A stretch of DNA of 64,000 nucleotides from the human T2T-CHM13v2.0 reference genome, Homo sapiens. This document shows positions 26,798 through 43,204 of this stretch, in pieces; positions within the stretch are counted from its first letter, which is position 1, and each line of letters begins with the position of its first letter. The stretch is from the NCBI RefSeq assembly GCF_009914755.1, contig NC_060935.1; one strand, written 5' to 3'. The translations under genes and the position numbers were made by a program. The notes beneath the pieces were generated by a model. That model ran no database searches. It worked only from the letters and a program-made list of their open reading frames with translations, and had not been told where the DNA came from.

Positions 26798-27787
26798 TTG
26801 TGTGGTGACTGAGTCTTCTAGGCCTGTGCATGCCCTTGGCATATTCATACCCAGAATTTGCTGGTGGATAAACAGGCACGTTGCTCATGCTTCAGCCTTT
26901 CAGTGTGCCAAATGGACAGTATGTCACTTCTATCCTATCTTGTAGAGATGCTGTGAGTATGACACTTGGGCTAGGAGGGCTGGAGTAGCTGGGGCTGGCC
27001 AGGCCTCCTTCTCTATGCTAAAAAGTGATCTTGAGTGGTGTCCTAATTCATTGATTAATAATAGCACAAGTGTTCCTGGGGTATAGTCACAGTTTCAGCT
27101 TGTAAATTGTTCTGTGGTTACTTCAATTAAAAAGAAAATGCATTTAATCATAAGCTACTTCATTCGAATGTAACACTGTGAACTATGTCAGATTAATTAT
27201 CCCCTGTAACAGACAGAACAAATTACCCTTCACTGTTATCATCCCCCAGTGATCCTATTCCTTCCTGCTTTATACTGCTGTATATAATCTTGTAAAAATC
27301 TGTGAGCCTGGACAACATGGGGTACCCCAAATTCAACCAAGGCCACAGGTGTTGATTTTCTTGTCATTCTGTTCCTGCAGTATGGCATTATCACTCAGCT
27401 TTGAACTTCAGGAAGGGCAAGAGCAGTGTGATGCTGAGCAGGTGCTACAGTGTGGGCCAGATGCACCATTTGCAGCATCTGTGGAGCCCTAGACCCCCTA
27501 GGCCGTGGATTTCTGCAGACATAACAGGCTGCCTACATTGAAATAATTTCATCCAGGTATTTTATGTAAATTCTAAGCAGCAGGGCTCACTTTCTAAGAT
27601 GTAACACTGGACTTTTCCCATCAGCTTTATGGTGAACCTGGGAAGGAACATTAAAAAACTGGGAGGCAGAGGAAATTAATTTTTGGAGGACTACCTTACC
27701 CTTTATAGCCTCATGCTCCTTTTCACCCTTGGGGTTCCCTTCTGATACTTATCTACCTCTATTTTTCATATTTACCTAGTCCTCTTT

Positions 27788-28720
27788 TATTCATTCATTC
27801 ATTCACTCATTCATTCCTTCACTCAGCATACATTGATCAGATGCCTAACATATGCCAGGCACCAGGTACATGAAAGCACATAAGGATCAACAACTAGGAT
27901 ACAGCTCATGCCCTCAAGAGTTCAAAGTACAAGAAGGAGGAAATCTGTAGTGCTTCACTTTTCAAGGGACAACTTTCAACCAGTACTAAGCCACTCAGCT
28001 CATTCAGCTTGCCGCATGTGAACATACATGGTCTGATCTGAGCACTAGGTCTGAGCAGAGTCAGGGTAAGATGGTGACATGGGTGTAGGGAGCAGGAACA
28101 AAACAGCATGTCTTGTTTCTCAAGAAACTCATGGTCTAGAGGAGAAAAAAAGGGCTGTTAACAAAAACGGGTATAATGGAAGGGAGAGCAAGGTTAAGGT
28201 CAGCAAGAGAAATTTTTAAAATGCTATGGACATTCAGAAGGAGAGTTTACATTCAGGGGCTGAGAGCAGAGAAGAAAGACCAGGGAATGCTGCATGAAGG
28301 AGGCGCTAGTTCATTTGGAGGTTGAAGGATGGCTGGAATTTCTTCAGGCTGTTGGGGAGGACTTCCAGACCTAGAAAAAAGTGTGGCAGAGAGACAGCAT
28401 ATAATTTTTTTTAGCAAAGATGGCTTTACATGCCCAAGTGAGAGACTAGTGTTTCACTAACTTACAGAGAGGAGTCCCTTGAGACTTTTGAACAATTGAC
28501 TTATGACTGATTGCTCAGAGCTGTTCTTTAAGATGAGCAGTTTTCAGTCTCGGGTGGGATAGGCTTGAACCAGATGAGTCTGGGCACCAGTGAGCAGGCT
28601 ACTCTGGGAGAGATAATGAGGTGATGGTAATGGGACCCCTGCAAAGAGACAGTACTCAAGTGATGCTTATGAAGCTAGCATTTTCAACTCAATGAATGTG
28701 GGGATAGAAGAGGTGAGGAG
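27788..28720 (-). mobile_element. L2 fragments
   Basis: (ATTC)n tail followed by ATGCCTA..ATGCCAGGCAC, with decayed L2 body downstream. Confidence 0.55.
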
Positions 28721-29673
28721 TTAAAGACAGAGCTGCAGAAAAGGTTTTCTGGTAACACCAAAGGGCTTGCCCTGCCCACCTTGATGACACTGCATCTTAA
28801 GGAAGTCCTCACTTCAGTCTGTTAACCTTAGTTAACTCCTCATTGTGACCTTTGGCATTTTTAGTAACAGTTCTGATATCAAAACATGTGAAACATTATT
28901 CAATGGCTTAGATTTATTCACTGCTTGGACTCTACCAAAGCCTCTTTGAGTGATTTTGTCGTTGTTGTTTTGGACCTTTCATACTACTGCTTGCACATTT
29001 GCAATGATCTTGTATGTCCAGGAGATGCAGCCTAATTGTGTGGTGCCATCACTCACGGACCCTGGGATTCATTTCCCTCAGCAATGCATATGAGAGCAAT
29101 CACTATTTCCATGCCATTCTCCTGTATCCTACATCAGGAAAGTGCTGTCAAGTAGATTTCTAGCAGAAGTTAGATGCTTTCCCATTGGTCCCCCTGCTCC
29201 TTTTGTGTTGTCCTTCTTGTGATCACAAATGTGCATGTAGGTCTGGCGAAACAGGACCAGAGGCCCCATGAATCCACAGAATATGGAAATTACTCTGGAT
29301 GGGCCACCACATGATCTGAAGGGCAATTATACATCTTTATATCCTAAAATATCTCCCCAATAAACTTTTTATATGAGAACAACTCCATTATTCATGTATT
29401 CATTCATTAATCCATTCATCCATTCAACAAATAAGTGTCTCCTTTCAGCCTGATACTGACCTAGCATACACAATGCCAACATCTTAGCTGTTAAAACATA
29501 CAAATACACAAATTCTTCATTACTAGTTTGTAAACAGCCATAACTCAGATCCCTCTGAGTGCCCACTGTTTTCTTCAGACAGTTCCAGGAGCCCCAGCCC
29601 TTCCTTGGGAATTCCCTACACCAACACACACACATATTTCCACAGAATCCCACAGCTAAAAGCTCAACCCCTC

Positions 29674-29792
29674 CTACTTGGTGGCTGAGGTGAAAGAATC
29701 ACACAAGCCCAGGAGTTTGAGGCTGCAGTGAGCTATGATTGCACAACTACATTTCAGCCTGGGTGACAGAATGAGACTCCATCTCTCTAAAA
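29674..29792 (+). mobile_element. Partial AluJ/FRAM right monomer
   Basis: GCCCAGGAGTTTGAGGCTGCAGTGAGCTATGATTGC...GCCTGGGTGACAGA. Confidence 0.85.
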
Positions 29793-30076
29793 CAAGGAAT
29801 AATGAATGAATGAATGAATGAAGTACTTTTTAAAAGTCTTAATCCCCGTACATCCTTGCAGCCAGCATCTTTTCTGATTGGTTGGTAAACACTCTGCACC
29901 TATTGTTATATACTAAAAATAACACTCCTGATTTTATCCACTACCAGATACCAGATGAAAGATGAAATCCTAGAACCTTTGGAAGAACTAGGCTATGATC
30001 TTGACTTCATGTAGCTTCCAGTCTCTGTGGTATATTTGAGCAAGTGCATAATCAATTGGAATATATGTAGGAAAGG

Positions 30077-30529
30077 TGTGGTAGGCTAAATAATGCACCC
30101 CAGAGATTGTTCATGACCTAATCCTTGGAATCTTGAATGTTATCTTAAATAGCAAAGACTTTGAATGTGCTTAATCTTGATATGGAGGGATTATCCTGAA
30201 TTAATCAGGTCCACCCTAAATACAATCATGTTTAGAGAGTGGCAGCGGAAGCTACAAACAAACAGAAGAGATGAGGCTATGGACCACAGAGCAGAGATTG
30301 GCAGCTACAAGACAGGGAATGCTGGCAGCTGCCAGAAGCTGGGGGAGGCAAGAATGCCTTCTCCCATAGAGCCTCTGCAGTAAGTGTGGCCATGCTGACA
30401 CCTCGATTTCAACTTAATGATACTCAGTTTGGACTTCTGGTCTCAAGAATTGTGAGATAATGAATCTCTGTTGTTTTATACCACATAGTTTGTGACAATT
30501 TGTAGCAGTAGCCACAGGAAACTCATATA
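30077..30529 (+). mobile_element. MLT1C/D-like MaLR solo LTR
   Basis: TGTGGTAGGCTAAATAATGCACCCC...CCAGAAGCTGG..GAGGCAAG...GCCACAGGAAACTCATATA. Confidence 0.8.
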
Positions 30530-32599
30530 GAAGAGTTAAGTGGACCTCAAATAGAAGCAGAAGGTTCTATGGGTGGTAGAGAAGGGAGAACTTAGTTCTC
30601 TTGGGGCCATCTAAAAAGGCTTCAGAGAGGTAATGGCAATGGATCTTGGCCTTGAAAAATGAGCAGGAATTGTGTGTGCAGAGGTGTCTGACAGAAGTAA
30701 CAGTGTGAGGAACCAGCAGTCCTTCCATTTGTCTGGAGTGCAGCTTCTAAGGGGGACGAAAGAAAGCAGAACAGAGTAAAACAATAGGGAGTGGTGGGGC
30801 CATATTGAAAAGAAGAGCACATGTCCTACATCTAGGGGTTAAAATTCAGTATAAACACAGCCCTAACTCTGTACTAACCAGAGTTATTACGCCTGGATGG
30901 ACAAAGGGGTTAGTTGGGGATGAAATTTACACACGGAGAACGCAGAACACAGAAGCCATGTAGGATAGGCTGAGCAATTTGGCTAGGTCATGCACAGTGG
31001 TGGAATTAATTATCCAGATAGTGAAATGAAAAGAACTAGTCTTCAGGCGAGTCACTTCTATCTAGAAAAATATGTAGATGTGTGATTTCTAGGTCACTTT
31101 TGAAGAGTGTGTATTGGCTAGAAAAGAAAGAAGACTTTAGGAAAGAGAGCTTTCCATATAAGCACAGATTGGCTTAATGATTGGCAAATAGTCACCTTGA
31201 AAGTCCCAAGGGCTAGGTTTAAGAGTGGGAGAGAGTTGACACGTGTCAATGAGGAAGAGGCAGGATCTTAGATACGATTTTCTGTGAAAAGGCCATATGA
31301 TCACATGGGGAGGAAAGGTGACAATAATAAATCAAGGACGCTAAACTTTACCCACAACAGCTGGGGAGGGCTGCTGACCATGCAGAGCCTTGGTTTTGGC
31401 CTCATGAGCACCTTATTACACTCCCCTGAGTTAAGCCCTAGAGACTCCATCCTTGGTATTTCCCCTATGCTTGTCCAAGGTCAGTAGATGTTTATCACAG
31501 TCAGTTAGAAATTTGTGTAGATGTCTCTATTTTCCAAAACAATGAGAAGGAAAATGGGGCTGACCCTATATATCTAAGTAAATTTTTTATTTATTTTAGA
31601 GTCCTGTCTTAAAGATTACATCTTACCCAAACAATTAAAATTAGTATGCTTGCTTATCATTGCCTTTCTCACCCACTTCAGATTGCAATGATGATTTTTA
31701 TTAGTTGAATTTGGATGCTCTTAGAACTCATAATTGACTTTTAATTAAGTGCCAAACTATTTCCAACAGTTTTACATACCCTAAGGATTTCTGTCCCAAT
31801 TCTAATTTACTTCAGATGCCTCCCAGCGCATGAAGGGATGCAGAAATGCACTTGAATGCAGAGCTGCGAGAAGAAATCATGGTATGCTTTTAAAAAAATT
31901 GTTAAAGAAAACCAATGCCTTCTTTTTAAAAGAATTGCTATGTCTTGTGCTGATGTGCATTATGTTCACAGCTACCCAGTAATTACTTCGGAGTCCTAGC
32001 TAAAGGTTTGATTCAAAAGTCAGATCTTAAAACAAAAATTATGTGTAGACAAAATTACCCTTGGCGTTCCTTGATATTGTCTTGAACAACAAGTAATAGT
32101 GACATGTAAGCATATAATACATATTTAAATTAACAGCATATAATCAAATGTCATTAGGCAAAATCTAATTCTGTAGTAAGTTTATGGTTACAAGAAGAAA
32201 GGTTCACAACTAGCTGGACAAGACACCAAACCATGAGAACTAAGGCAACGGAAGGAGCACAGATTAGCATTGTTATGTCTTCGAGGACACTAAGCACACT
32301 CCTAACTTAAGGCCATTGTACTGGAAAGGCCCTACCTGGAGAGCTTTTGCCTCCTCTGTGGCATTCTCCTGTTTAATCTTTCACATTTCCAGACAAATGT
32401 CATCTTATCAGAGAGGTGTTCTCTGGCCACTCTATACAGAAAAAGCTGCTTTATTTTTCTTCATTAGTTGGGATGATTAATAACTGGAGTGAATATAGAA
32501 TGAATAAGTGATCTTTTCTAAGAGCATAATTAAAATTAGCATGTATCAGTAAAGGTACTTGCTAAGTTCTGAGTACAGTGAACCCAAATTTACTATTCC

Positions 32600-33600
32600 T
32601 TTTACTCATTCACTTCCTTGTTCCTCCATTCACTCAACAAGTATTTATCAAATACCCACTCTGTCCCAAGTGCTGTTCTCAGCAAAGGGAATGCAATGAA
32701 ATAAACAAACAAATAAACAAGGTTCTTGCCTCCTGAAAGTAACTTTCAGTGAGGAAGACAAAAAGCAAACAAGAAAGAAAACAAGTAAATTATATAATGT
32801 CAAGTAGGGGCATTGTTTAAAAAAAATAAAGCAGAGTAAGAGTGTAGAGATGGGATGCTTGTCTGTTGGATGCCAGTATCTGTTTGGGGGTACAGAGAGC
32901 ATCTATCTGCCTGTCTTGGGTACACTGGAGCAGATACCTGAATGAAGAATCTAAGTGAAGGGCCCAGTCATGGACCTATCTGCAGGAAGAGTACTAGAGG
33001 CCAAAGGAGGAGAAAATGCAAAGCATGGTCAGTGTGACTACAGCAGCATGATTTCATAGGGAAATGATAGATGAGGCTGAAGAGGGCCAAGTGGTGAGGG
33101 GTTTGTAGACCATAATGAGGACTCTGTACTTTTTTAAATGAGATGGGAAAACATTGGAAGGCTTGGTACAGAAGTAATGTGATCTTATTTACAATTGTGA
33201 AGGATCACGTAGTTTCAGTGTGAGGAATAGACTCTTCAATGAGGAGCCACCAATGAGGAGGTCAGCACTTCACAGGAGAGATAATTGTGGCTTTGACTAG
33301 ACTGGGAGGAATGAAGATGGTGAAAGTGGTTGGGCTGGGGCTCTATCTTGAGGACAAATCTCATAGGACTTTCTGTAAGGGTTCGCTTATATGTGAGAGA
33401 AAAAAAGGGAAATTAAAAATGACCCCGAGATTTCAAGCCTAAGGACCTAAATGAATGGTATTGCAAATAATGAGTGGGAAAGGCCTAGGTAAGTGCGGCA
33501 GGGAGGGGAGAAGTTAGAAATCAATAGTTTCATTTTTGATTAGCTATATTTGACATGTCAATGAACATCCAAGTGAAAGGCTGAGTAGACAGTTGGAGAA
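32600..33600 (-). mobile_element. L2 (about 1 kb)
   Basis: CATTCACTCAACAAGTATTTAT...GAGATGGGAAAACATTGGAAGG...CATCCAAGTG. Confidence 0.7.
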
Positions 33601-34929
33601 ACAATTTCCAAGCTTATATCAGTGAGATTTATCTTCCTCAAATCTAAGTATTCTTTAATTATGCTTCTCAATTGCATATATAATTCTATAGCTAGAATTA
33701 TAAATACATTTGATGGATCACCAATGCCTATGAATAAAGAATAAAGTAACACTTGCGTCCAAAGAAAATATAGGGACATTTACATTTTCAGTCTTATCCC
33801 CTATTGGGCCCTGCTGTGGATCACATATTCTATGGTACCTATGTGCCTTTTCTGTACCTTTCAGCTTTTTTGAATTAAGTTGTTCCTTTAGAGGCTCTTC
33901 CCCTCAGTGGCATCTATCAAATCAGATGCTACTTTCAATCTTCTTTCTATGTATCTCAAATGCCATCTCTTTCATTAAGCATTTTTGATTATCTCAAATG
34001 TCTATGACCTCTCATTCTCTTAATTTCTAGTGAACATCATTTTTTTAATGTCCAGCGGCCCTTTTCTCCACATGGATTTTTATTATAGTTACTTGTGTTT
34101 GTAACATTCACCTCCCTTATCAAATGCCTCATCTTTGCAACTGCACCAAACAGTCCCACTGCAGTCTTGGCTGCCAACAGCTCCTATATCATATGTCACA
34201 TATATGTATTTCAGATATAGAATACTAACCTGTTAGGAGACTCCTTTAGTCATCTGGAACCCTTAAAATGGCTTTTCCAATAGATGTCAATCAGTGTTTA
34301 AATAGTTCCTGTTTGTAGGGTGCTTACTGTTCATCAAACCTATGCTGAATCTTTTACTTGTATCATCTTCTTTAAACCTTGTGGTTCCACGTAACAAATA
34401 TATTTGCATACCCCTGAGGATAACCTATAATAAAAGTGCTTTAATGGTATAACAAAACTGAATTCTCTTTCACAATGATCCTATGAGCAAATGTATAATC
34501 TGGGGGCTGCCAAATGGCAAACTGTTTTTATTCAAATTTCTGAAAATATTTACTTATTAGAAAATTGTTATTTATAATTACTACAGTTATTAGGAAAGAA
34601 AGGAGGAGAAACTATCAGTTTTATGAATCTTTCATAGACTGCCTTTGTCACATTTGGCACTCTTGCTATGGGAAGCATGGTGAGGTTAACAATATTTGTG
34701 GAGTTTTAGCTTGTAACAATTTTAAAATTAGGAAAGTTTGGCTGTATTTCTCTGCATTTTTCTGCTTTTAGTCTACTCTAGACAGAACAACAACAGTTTG
34801 GCCAGGTGAATGTTACAAAGCTTGTTTGTGCTTTACAATGTACATTTAAACTTTAACCTGCACTTATGCTTTTAAAGTGCTGTAGAATTCGCCAAGTGTT
34901 TTTAAAGTACCGTTAATTACTTCAAATCA

Positions 34930-35085
34930 TCTCATTTTTCCTGAGATTTGAACATTATTTTTATACTTTTACTTATGAAGAACTGTCAGAGAGATTAAAT
35001 GTACTCATCCACAGCGCCATGGCTTGCAAATGAGGACTGGATCAATGTTCTCTTATTCCAAGCCCAGTACTGTTTCTACTGCAAC
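34930..35085 (-). mobile_element. MIR
   Basis: TTTTACTTATGAAGAAACTG..AGAGAGATTAAATG core. Confidence 0.6.
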
Positions 35086-35344
35086 ATACCTGTCAATGTA
35101 CCTACCAGGTGCATGAGAAGTGATGTATTTATCTAGGATTTCTTTTTAGTTTACGTTTTAAATTTCTCCTATATTTACATTTTACAGTAATTTTTAAAAG
35201 GCAATTCATGAACCTGGTTAAAGAAAATCCTGTTACAAATGATATACAGTGAAAAAGAAGTCTCTGAATTTGAGAATGCCACAAAGATAATCCTCCAGAA
35301 GAGCAACTCCAAGACACATAATTGTCAGATTCACCAAAGTTGAA

Positions 35345-35686
35345 ATGAAGGAAAAAATGTTAAGGGCAGCCAGAGAGAAAGGTTGGGTTACCCACAAAGG
35401 GAAGCCCATCAGACTAACAGCTGATCTCTCAGCAGAAACTCTACAAGCCAGAAGAGAGTGGGGGCCGATATTCCACATTCTCAAAGAAAAGAATTTTCAA
35501 CCCAGAATTTCATATCCAGCCAAACTAAGCTTCAGAAGTGAAGGAGAAATAAAATCCTTTACACAGAAGCAAATGCTGAGAGTTTTTGTCACCACCAGAC
35601 CTGCCCTACAAGAGCTCCTGAAGGAAGCACTCAACATGGAAAGGAATAACCGGTACCAGCCACTGCAAAAACATGCCAAATTGTAA
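35345..35686 (+). pseudogene. L1 ORF1 C-terminal fragment
   Basis: MKEKMLRAAREKG...ARREW...YPAKLSF...YQPLQKHAKL. Confidence 0.92.
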
Positions 35687-35734
35687 AGACCATCGATGCT
35701 AGGAAGCAACAGCATCAACTAACAAGCAAAATAA

Positions 35735-37593
<1,859 letters not shown>

Positions 37594-37686
37594 CTAACTC
37601 ATTTTCTGAGGACAGCATCACCCTGATGCCAAAGCCTGGCAGAGACACAACAAAAAAAGAGAATTTTAGACTAATATCCTTGATGA

Positions 37687-38850
<1,164 letters not shown>

Positions 38851-41049
38851 TAGGTAAACTATTCCCTATTTAACAAATGGTGCTGGGAAAATTGGGTAGT
38901 CATATGTAGAAGGCTGAAACTGGATCCCTTCCTTATACCTTATACAAAAATTAATTCAAGATGGATTAAAGACTTAAATCTTAGACCTAAAACCATAAAA
39001 ACCCTAGAAGATAACCTAGGCAATACCATTCAGGACATAGGCATGGGCAAGGACTTCATGTCTAAAACACCAAAAGCAATGGCAACAAAAGCCAAAATTG
39101 ACAAATGGGATCTAATTAAACTAAAGAGCTTCTGCACAGCAGAAGAAACTACCATCAGAGTGAACAGGCAACCTACAGAATGGGAGAAAATTTTCCAATC
39201 TAGTCATCCGACAAAGGGCTAATATCCAGAATCTACAAAGAACTCAAACAAATTTACAAGAAAAAAAAAACAAACAACTCCATCAAAAATTGGGGAAGGA
39301 TATGAACAGACACTTCTCAAAAGAAGACATTTATGCAGCCAACAGACACATGAAAAAATGCTCATCATCACTGGCCATCAGAGAAATGCAAATCAAAACC
39401 ACAATGAGATACCATCTCCCACCAGTTAGAATGGCAATCATTAAAAAGTCAGGAAACAACAGGTGCTGGAGAGGATGTGGAGAAATAGGAACACTTTTAC
39501 ACTGTTGGTGGGACTGTAAACTAGTTCAACCATTGTGGAAGTCAGTGTGGCGATTCCTCAGGGATCTAGAACTAGAAATACCATTTGATCCAGCCATCCC
39601 ATTACTGGGTATATACCCAAAGGACTATAAATCATGCTGCTATAAAGTCATATGCACACGTATGTTTATTGCGGCACTATTCACAATAGCAAAGACTTGG
39701 AACCAACCCAAATGTCCAACAATGATAGACTGGATTAAGAAAATGTGGCACATATACACCATGGAATACTAGGCAGCCATAAAAATGATGAGTTCATGTC
39801 CTTTGTAGGGACATGGATGAAGCTGGAAACCATCATTCTCAGCAAACTATCGCAAGGAGAAAAAACCAAACACCGCATGTTCTCACTCACAGGTGGGAAT
39901 TGAACAATGAGAACACTTGGACACAGGAAGGGGAACATCACACATTGGGGCCTGTTGTGGGGTTGGGGTAGAGGGGAGGGATAGCATTAGGAGATATACC
40001 TAATGTAAATGACGGGTTAATGGGTGCAGCACACCAACGTGGTACATGTGTACATATGTAACAAACCTGCACGTTGTGCACATGTACCCTAGAACTTAGA
40101 GTATAATAAAAAATATATATATATAAAATAAATAAATGAAAAGAAAAAAAAAAGAAAAAGAAGTCTCTTCCTTCCCAGGCCCTATCCTCTTAATTCCTCT
40201 TCCTGGGAAAGACTACTTTGGTACCAGATTTTTGGGTATTTTTAATAAATATTTTATATATTTATAAATATGTGAAAATGTTTTATTATTTTTCATATCA
40301 AAGTGATTTTTTAAAATATTAAGCGTGCATACTTTAAGACACTTGTTATAATTCAAATACTATATAAGTTATCATTGGAAGTCCCAATAACTTTCATAAA
40401 TATCCCTTGCTGAAATGGGGGAACCTTTAGTTACCAGATAGGAAAGTACCAGCAAGGACAGCTCAGAATGTGACACCACAAGTATACCTGGAACTTTCCT
40501 TGTCTACTCTGGGACTGGGCTTCTTATTGAAATATATAGTATATTTTGGTTTAAGTTTAAAATTTTTTATTATATAGGCACATAAAGTGTCAATTCACTC
40601 TACAAGATTGTTTAAAAAAAGAAAATAGCACAACTGTCTTTCCCCTACTTACCTCTTCCCAGGAGCAACCACTTTCTTCTCTTTTAGTTGATTAGGTCTC
40701 TTAAAAAGATGTTTGCATTGCTACTTCGCTAACACCTTTAATCTTCCCTTTAGTTAACAATTTTTTGCCCGTTTTGTTTATTTTTGCTTATTTTCCCACA
40801 GACAAGTTACTTATCCACTCCCCTACTCCTTGCTAAGCTCCTCTGAAAATATTTAGAGATGTTGATTAAATTTTACTTCCCAGAACAGTTTCTCCCGACC
40901 TGCTCCATCCTGGCTTTGTCTTTGGGCTTGAGGCTGAGCTGCCATTCTGGGAATTCTCATGATAATCCAGAAGATTCTCTGCCTTCTTGCCTATGTTGTA
41001 TTTTTTCTTTTCTATATCCTATGTCTCCCACTTATTGTCTTTCCACTTA

Positions 41050-41610
41050 ATTTCCTGGGATGGAACACATTCTCTATTAACTTTCTGAGAAAGGATTCAG
41101 GAAGGCAATTTTGTTGGAGACTTTGCATTCCTCAAAAATTATGTATTCTACTCATCAACCTGATTAAAAATTTGGCTGGCTATAGAATTCTAGTTTAAAA
41201 ATAATTTTCTTTCAGAATTTGAAGGCATTTACCTACTGCCTTCTAATATTTGAGTGTGCTATTAAGAAGTCTGAAGTCATTTTAATTCCTGATCATTTGC
41301 CTGGGGCCTATTTTTTGCTCTTTGAAGGAGTTTTCTTCTTTTCCCTGTTGTTTGGAAACTTCATGATGATGTGGCTCAGTATGGGTTTATGTTTATTCAT
41401 TGAGTTGAGCAAACAATGGGTTCCTTAAATCTGGAAATTCTTGTCCTGTAATTTGGGAAAATATTCCCTTTAAATTTTTATTTTACATAGTATAAAATAT
41501 TTATTTTATGATTTCTTATCCTCTGACATTATTTTTTCTTTTATAGTCATTTTAGTGAGATTTTAGAGGGCAAAGTTAACGCTATAGTCAAACTGTCTTC
41601 TTTATCCAGA
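41050..41610 (-). mobile_element. Ancient HAL1/L1M fragment
   Basis: TTTGGCTGGCTATAGAATTCTAG...TTTCAGAATTTGAAGGCATT...AAGAAGTCTGA, resembling antisense ORF1-like sequence. Confidence 0.6.
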
Positions 41611-41616
41611 AGTTGC

Positions 41617-42935
41617 AATTCTACTTTTATGAATTTTTTCTCTTTAGTAATAATTTTTTACTAAAATGTATTAGTTATAAAATTTTTGTAGTAATAATTT
41701 AGTAATAATTTTTTCTCTTTAGTAATAATTTTTGTATGAATAAATAATTCCAAAATATCTTGGCCAATGTTATACCTACTTACAGTATTGTTTATGTTAT
41801 AGAGTTTCCAGTAAAGACATAAAATTTGAGGTAAAATTGTAAACGTGATACTAAAAGATGGTATCTTGACATGGCATTAACACAGTGATAGAAAGAAGAC
41901 TCAGGAATACCCAAGTCTTGCCTTGTTTTAATCTTCCTTCCTGTATAAGAGGTTCCTGAAGGAGATTCGTGCCCAGGGGAGAAAAAGAAAGTAAAGGTGA
42001 TATTTTGTTATTAATTAGAGATTTGGTCCCAGATCTTTAAGTTGAACTTTAATAAGAGAGGCTAGAATACAGGAAAGACACATTCTTCCTTATCTAACTA
42101 GGGTTAACTACCTAGAACCAAAGAAGGCCATGGTTTCCAACTTGATTAATTATAAGATCACACAGGAATCTTAAATTTCACTATTGATGTATGGAAAAAA
42201 AGACAAATCCAGAACACTCCCAGAATAGCACAGAAAAGGCCAAAACAGATAAATGTTGAGAGAAAAAGTTTGTCCAGGACCTACAGCATAGCTAGTTATG
42301 GGAATAGTCCCAGAAGAGGTGCATTGTGAAAGTACAACAAAGAATGAAATGGAAAGGTGAAGAAGTTGCTTCCAGTGTCCCTGGCTACCATTTGCACCAT
42401 TTTGCTTTACTGGGAGGGAAGAGACAGAGAATGGAAAAGATAATTTTTAAAATATCTTGTTTTGTCAAGTAAGAGTGAATCCCTGAGAGAGAGGCAGATG
42501 CCATCACTGGCACTGTCACCTAATCATTGCCCTTCAACTTCCCAAATCCTTACTTCTGATAGAGATCCATGCTTGCAGGACTTAGGATGGCGGCTAGGAG
42601 CACAGGCCTTTGGTTTTGTCCCTAGTTGCCAATATTTTAAGCACAGTTATGATTTAGTAAGAAGCAGTTTTCAACCTAATTATTTCTCTTTTCTCTATTT
42701 CTTCCTCCAGATCTAAATATGGCTTCACCTCTCTCTGGTCAGGGGCAATTAACATTAGGTTAATTCTACTTTTATGAATTTTTTCTCTTTAGTAATAATT
42801 TTTTACTAAAATGTATTAGTTATAACATTTTTGTAGTAATAATTTAGTAATAATTTTTTCTCTTTAGTAATAATTTTTGTATGAATAAATAATTCCAAAA
42901 TATCTTGGCCAATGTTATACCTACTTACAGTATTG
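41617..42935. repeat. Dispersed direct duplication of 174 bp (41617-41790 and 42762-42935)
   Basis: One mismatch by direct comparison; internal AGTAATAATTT subrepeats. Confidence 0.95.
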
Positions 42936-43204
42936 CTTAACTGTAAGTTAACAATGACAAATGACAAATGAACTTATTGTGTATAGCAATCATGATAGTA
43001 TTTATATTTTAGAAATGACCTCAAATGCGAGGGAGAAAGAAACAAGGTAGAAGAAAGGAAGGAAAGAAGAGAGGAAGGAAGGAAGGAAGACAGGCATGCC
43101 AGTAAACATGTATTGGGCACTTGCTATACACCAGGCACTGTGCATCTTGGTTTCACAAATCTCTCAATTAATCCTGACAACATTAATGAAAAAATAATAG
43201 CCAT

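Noticed and set aside
31236-31249. Perfect 14-bp palindrome TTGACACGTGTCAA with an E-box
   Set aside because: About four such palindromes are expected by chance (64000/4^7); no supporting context.
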